A program made the position numbers and the translations under genes. From positions 18,481-82,480 of the forward strand of contig DASRTD010000076.1 of the NCBI GenBank assembly GCA_035656115.1: DNA of 64,000 bases, given 5' to 3'. Numbering within the stretch: the stretch's first letter is position 1; each line of letters opens with the position of its first letter. Below the pieces are notes generated by a model. The model made no database searches. It had not been told where the DNA came from and saw only the letters and a program-made list of their open reading frames with translations. Source of the DNA: Mucilaginibacter sp. GTDB taxonomy: Bacteria > Bacteroidota > Bacteroidia > Sphingobacteriales > Sphingobacteriaceae. Positions 60,184-64,000 of the stretch are shown one piece after another.

Positions 60184-61110
60184 TCATTCTTCACTTAATT
60201 CTTTAATGTGCTGCATTACCCTTAAATGTACATTACGGGTGATGCTTTTGGCCCAGATATCGTAATACCAAACCGGGAAAACGTAAAGCCGGTACCAACT
60301 GTTGCCCACCAGCGTAGTCGTGCCGTCGCCATTGTCTTTCAGCAGAAACTGCCCGCGTAAAATAGCGATGTGGTTCATTATTTCCGGGTCTTTAGGCTGA
60401 TTTACAATATCAAATATAAGGTTTTTGGCGGTGTCATAAGTTGAGATCGTTTCATCAAAAACATAGTTGTTACTAAATATACATTTGCGCCCGGCGCCTT
60501 TATAATATCCTGTAACGGTACTCTCAACCGGGCTTGGCATCCCGAGCCTGAACAACCAGAATTTAGCGGGCGCTTTAATGCGTTTAAATGCTACTACATT
60601 TTTCCAGACTTTCGCTGGTGGGGCGTTAACCAGTATGGTATCGGTTACTTTGTTTTCGTAATCATGTTTCGAAAAAGTGTCGGCGACAAAAACGATAGCC
60701 AAGAGCAAAACTACGCTGACATTAAGTTTGTCGTTATTCTTCTTGCAAATGCCTTTACCAGTGATAGCACCGAGAAACATAAAGCAAAATATAAGCGGCG
60801 ATACGATAATAAGACAAATGACGCCTTCACCTAAAAAAATAAAACTTAAAGCGATAGCAAGAAAGCTGTTGTAGCACGAGTAGAGGGCGAGCCGCCGGGT
60901 AGGAAGCCGAAGATCCTGCCAAAACCAGCCGCTGATCATACCCATCAATATCGGGACAATAATAAATTCAGAAAAAACAATAACGCCGGAGCCGTTTTCG
61001 GTCATCAAATATCTGGTGGCGCCAATGATAAATATGCCAGCAAGGTTCGGCCAGAAGAAGCCTTTAAATAGGGGTGTAAAAATTTCCCGTATTGTTTGCT
61101 TTAAATCCAT
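60184..61110 (-). CDS. Membrane protein with C-terminal SRPBCC/polyketide-cyclase-like domain
   Basis: N-terminal TM helices; VNAPPAKVWKNV; W.KSI.RNVH.RV..HIK C-terminus. Confidence 0.7.
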   Translation of the reverse strand: MDLKQTIREIFTPLFKGFFWPNLAGIFIIGATRYLMTENGSGVIVFSEFIIVPILMGMISGWFWQDLRLPTRRLALYSCYNSFLAIALSFIFLGEGVICLIIVSPLIFCFMFLGAITGKGICKKNNDKLNVSVVLLLAIVFVADTFSKHDYENKVTDTILVNAPPAKVWKNVVAFKRIKAPAKFWLFRLGMPSPVESTVTGYYKGAGRKCIFSNNYVFDETISTYDTAKNLIFDIVNQPKDPEIMNHIAILRGQFLLKDNGDGTTTLVGNSWYRLYVFPVWYYDIWAKSITRNVHLRVMQHIKELSEE

Positions 61111-61131
61111 ATTCGGAGTGTTATAAATTGA

Positions 61132-61150
61132 ACTTTCAGGAAAAATTGAA
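61132..61150. promoter_or_regulatory. Putative GbsR/MarR operator, copy 1
   Basis: ACTTTCA-N4-AAATTGAA, also at 61700..61718. Confidence 0.6.
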
Positions 61151-61167
61151 TAATCAACGTAAAAAAA

Positions 61168-61674
61168 TTATTTGAATATCTTCAGTATCGAACCCCAGAA
61201 CCAACTTTCATCGGCTTTAATCATTTTTTCAAGCGTCTTATCTACATTCTTGGCTAACTTGTTAATGTCCGTTACCGATTTGTTGAACGTTTTGTATTCC
61301 GGGTCTTTTATGTCGCCTTTTACTTTCGACAGCTCATCCAGTATCTTGATCACCGGGTCCAGCTCGCGTTTCCGGCGTTCCTTGGCTACCTGGCGGGCAA
61401 TGTTCCAGGTATCTTTATCAGCATAAAAAAATTCCTTGCGCTCGCCTTGTTTCAGTCGCTTTTCCACCAGGCCCCAGCCAATCAGGTCGCGTACCGTCAT
61501 ATTGGCGTTGCCGCGCGAAATGCTCAGCGCCTCCATGATCTCCTCGGTCGACAAAGCTTCCGGCGTAATTAGCAGCAGCGCATGCACCTGTGCCATGGTG
61601 CGGTTAATGCCCCACTCCGAGCCTAATTTACCCCAGGCCTCAATAAATTTTTGCTTTGCTTCGGGCAGTTCCAT
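61168..61674 (-). CDS. GbsR/MarR family transcriptional regulator
   Basis: WGKLGSEWGINRTMAQVHALL, ISRGNANM and GERKEFF motifs. Confidence 0.9.
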   Translation of the reverse strand: MELPEAKQKFIEAWGKLGSEWGINRTMAQVHALLLITPEALSTEEIMEALSISRGNANMTVRDLIGWGLVEKRLKQGERKEFFYADKDTWNIARQVAKERRKRELDPVIKILDELSKVKGDIKDPEYKTFNKSVTDINKLAKNVDKTLEKMIKADESWFWGSILKIFK

Positions 61675-61699
61675 CGCACAAATATAAATAAATTATGAA

Positions 61700-61718
61700 A
61701 CTTTCAAAATAAATTGAA
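61700..61718. promoter_or_regulatory. Putative GbsR/MarR operator, copy 2 (autoregulatory)
   Basis: ACTTTCAAAATAAATTGAA just upstream of the TATATTTG box (61679..61686). Confidence 0.6.
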
Positions 61719-61754
61719 AACAATAACCGGCCCTCAACCAAATCTGGGTACTTT

Positions 61755-61812
61755 TCACTTTTTACCTTTTACCTTTTACCTTTTACCTTTCACCTTTCAC
61801 CTTTCACCTTCC
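61755..61812. repeat. Heptamer tandem repeat (TTTTACC / TTTCACC)
   Basis: About seven consecutive 7-mers next to the rlmI stop. Confidence 0.85.
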
Positions 61813-63000
61813 TCATACCACCCTGCAAAGCAGTCCCTTTAAATATTCACCCTCAGGGAACGATGACCTAACCGGATGATCTTCCGGCTGGCAAAACTGG
61901 TGGATAAACTGCACTTGTTTCCCCGCGTCCAGTGCTGCCCAGGCCAGCACTTGTTTAAAGGTTTCCATATCCATAGCGCCTGAGCAGGAAAAAGTGGCCA
62001 GTAAGCCCCCCTTGTTGAGCAACAGCATGCCCAGCCGGTTAAGGTCTTTGTAGGCGCGTGAAGCCTTGTCCAACGCCGAACGCGATGGTGCATATTTGGG
62101 CGGATCGAGCACCACCACGTCAAAAGTTTCGCCATCTTCCCGGAATTTGCGTAGTTGTTTATTAACATCGGATATGATCGCGGTAACTTTTTGCGGGTCG
62201 AAATTGTTGAGCGCCACATTTTGTTTCAGCGTATCGATGGCCAGTGACGAGCTGTCAACTGAAGTAACCGAAGCGGCGCCGTTTTGGAGGCAGTTCAGCG
62301 TAAAGCCTCCGGTATAGCTAAAACAATCGAGCACCTTTTTGCCTTTGGCATGGATAGCCAGTATTTTGCGATTGTCGCGCTGGTCGCAATAAAAGCCAGA
62401 TTTTTGGCCCTCGGCGATATTGATATGGTACCGGATGCCATTTTCCAGCACCTCAACAAATTCAGGCGGCGGATTCAGGGTGAGCGATATATTTGTCGTT
62501 TCCATACCTTCATGGCTCCGCGACGATGCGTCACTCTTATCAAAAATACTTTCTGGTTTTAAGAGATTTTGGAGTTCATCAATGATCACCGGCATCATTT
62601 TTTCCATACCAGATGTCAGCACCTGCACCGCCAGGTGGCCGGCATATTTGTCGACAATCAATCCCGGCAGGTAATCCGATTCGCTGAAAACCAGGCGGCA
62701 GGCGTTAGTTATGCCCTCAGCAAGCAAGCCGCCGCGGCTAATGACTGCAGCCCTCACCGCGGCGCGGAACCACTCTTCCTCCACCACAGCGCTTTCGTCC
62801 CACTCCAGCAAACGAAGCGCCACCCGCGATTGGGCATTATAAAAGCCATATGCCATAAACTTGCCGCCCGCATCCATCAGGCCCACAATATCGCCGTTTG
62901 CAGGTTTGCCTTTCACCTGTTCAACCGCACCCGAGAATACCCAGGGATGGCGCTGCAAAACCGCTTTTTCCTTGCCTTTTTTTAGTACAACCTCAATCAT
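61813..63000 (-). CDS. rlmI: Class I SAM-dependent rRNA methyltransferase (RlmI-like)
   Basis: HPWVFSGA, GQKSGFYCDQRDNR, LDCFSYTGG, VLDPPKY and EGEYLKG motifs; start moved to 63000. Confidence 0.88.
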   Translation of the reverse strand: MIEVVLKKGKEKAVLQRHPWVFSGAVEQVKGKPANGDIVGLMDAGGKFMAYGFYNAQSRVALRLLEWDESAVVEEEWFRAAVRAAVISRGGLLAEGITNACRLVFSESDYLPGLIVDKYAGHLAVQVLTSGMEKMMPVIIDELQNLLKPESIFDKSDASSRSHEGMETTNISLTLNPPPEFVEVLENGIRYHINIAEGQKSGFYCDQRDNRKILAIHAKGKKVLDCFSYTGGFTLNCLQNGAASVTSVDSSSLAIDTLKQNVALNNFDPQKVTAIISDVNKQLRKFREDGETFDVVVLDPPKYAPSRSALDKASRAYKDLNRLGMLLLNKGGLLATFSCSGAMDMETFKQVLAWAALDAGKQVQFIHQFCQPEDHPVRSSFPEGEYLKGLLCRVV

Positions 63001-63126
63001 GGCCGCAAATGTAAGCATAGCCGATATTGTTTGGACGATGTTGGCAGGAAAGTTGATAAGCGGCTCGCGAAGCGGGACATGTCAGAGAAAATAAAAACAA
63101 CGGGAAGGAAAACAGTTGCGCTGGCA

Positions 63127-63501
63127 TTAATTGTTTACCAAAACCTTGCTGATCACCTTGTCAAGTTCTTCCAGGTCAAATGGTTTTGCGAGGTAGATTT
63201 CGGCCCCGGCATGGTTGGCAAGGATTTCAATGTCGCTGTTTGCCGAAAAGTAAACAACCGGGATGTTTTTCAGGGCGTCGTTTTTCTTTAGTGTTTGGGT
63301 GGCAATGATGCCGCCTTCATCGGGGATCCAATTATCCATAATTATCACATCCGGCAAAACTGCCGATACCTTTTCGCTGATTTGATTGCAATCCGTGTAG
63401 GTAAAAACCTTCCAGCCCTGCTCTTCTAATATAAAGCTGCAGATAGCAAGAATGTCCTCGTCGTCATCAAATATGGCGATCGTTTTTCCAGCATGTTTCA
63501 T
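63127..63501 (-). CDS. Single-domain response regulator (CheY-like)
   Basis: IFDDDED, IIMDNWIP and YLAKPFD motifs. Confidence 0.9.
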   Translation of the reverse strand: MKHAGKTIAIFDDDEDILAICSFILEEQGWKVFTYTDCNQISEKVSAVLPDVIIMDNWIPDEGGIIATQTLKKNDALKNIPVVYFSANSDIEILANHAGAEIYLAKPFDLEELDKVISKVLVNN

Positions 63502-63707
63502 TGATCAACCGTCAGATGAAGCTAAAAATTACAATCCGTAAATGCAAATGTTTTTAGCGGCCTGTCATTTTTTTAATCAACAGGAAATTACATTAAAAAT
63601 TAGTTAGGATATTGCCTTTGTCATGAGATACATTTTAGCATTGCAATCCATGCTTCGGGCTGAAAAAAGCGATTTGTAATGGATTATATTTAAATTTGCG
63701 TTTACTT

Positions 63708-63989
63708 ATGTCGACCCAGGTACAGGAAGAAACGCTAAGTCTTGAGGAAATACTTTCCAGCCTTAAGGAAATGCACCGTTTAATTTTATGGAATGATGAT
63801 GTGAACACGTTTGAACATGTGATTTGGTGCATGATTAAATACCTCGACTACTCCGAGTCGCAGGCAACAAAAATAGCCTGGAAGGTGCACAATGAAGGTA
63901 AATGTGCCGTATTGGAAGGCTCGTTTACCGAAGTAGAAGTTTACCGCAAAATTTTACAGCAGGAAGGATTGACAGTGTCTGTGGACTAA
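63708..63989 (+). CDS. clpS: ATP-dependent Clp protease adaptor
   Basis: LILWNDDVNTFEHV and VHNEGKC motifs; start at MSTQ (63708). Confidence 0.92.
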   Translation: MSTQVQEETLSLEEILSSLKEMHRLILWNDDVNTFEHVIWCMIKYLDYSESQATKIAWKVHNEGKCAVLEGSFTEVEVYRKILQQEGLTVSVD

Positions 63990-64000
63990 GTATAAAGCCC

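Noticed and set aside
61755-61812. CRISPR array, here or at other periodic repeats
   Set aside because: The units are 7-9 nt with no unique spacers, and there are no cas genes.

Overview
Chromosomal window from a Bacteroidota genome. Gene order, TAnnTTTG promoter boxes and protein style suggest Sphingobacteriaceae (Mucilaginibacter-like); this is inference. Core genes include a partial porX, HD-lpxD-lpxC/fabZ-lpxA, xth, rdgB, surA-moxR, hemH, ispH, waaA, ugd-uxs-galE, a stand-alone methylmalonyl-CoA mutase large subunit, dnaA without dnaN, anmK, tRNA-Gln(CUG), rlmI and clpS. These alternate with small accessory blocks: redox genes, two ArsR-SRPBCC operons, a LytTR two-component system, a GbsR/MarR module and a PAS/GAF kinase. 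I saw no prophage, integrase, CRISPR array or SusC/D locus. The most notable items are: (1) an exported three-gene operon of a TPR+MORN scaffold, a Cys-His-Asp transglutaminase-like enzyme and a paralog lacking that triad; (2) a 95-bp element present twice in inverted orientation 38 kb apart; (3) a TnpB-less HUH/Y1 transposase with a one-sided palindrome cluster, plus a separate GTAG-type REP pair; (4) a candidate 6S-like small RNA; (5) two paralogous ArsR operons with the same operator geometry but different spacer sequences; (6) several families of intergenic micro-repeat hairpins.
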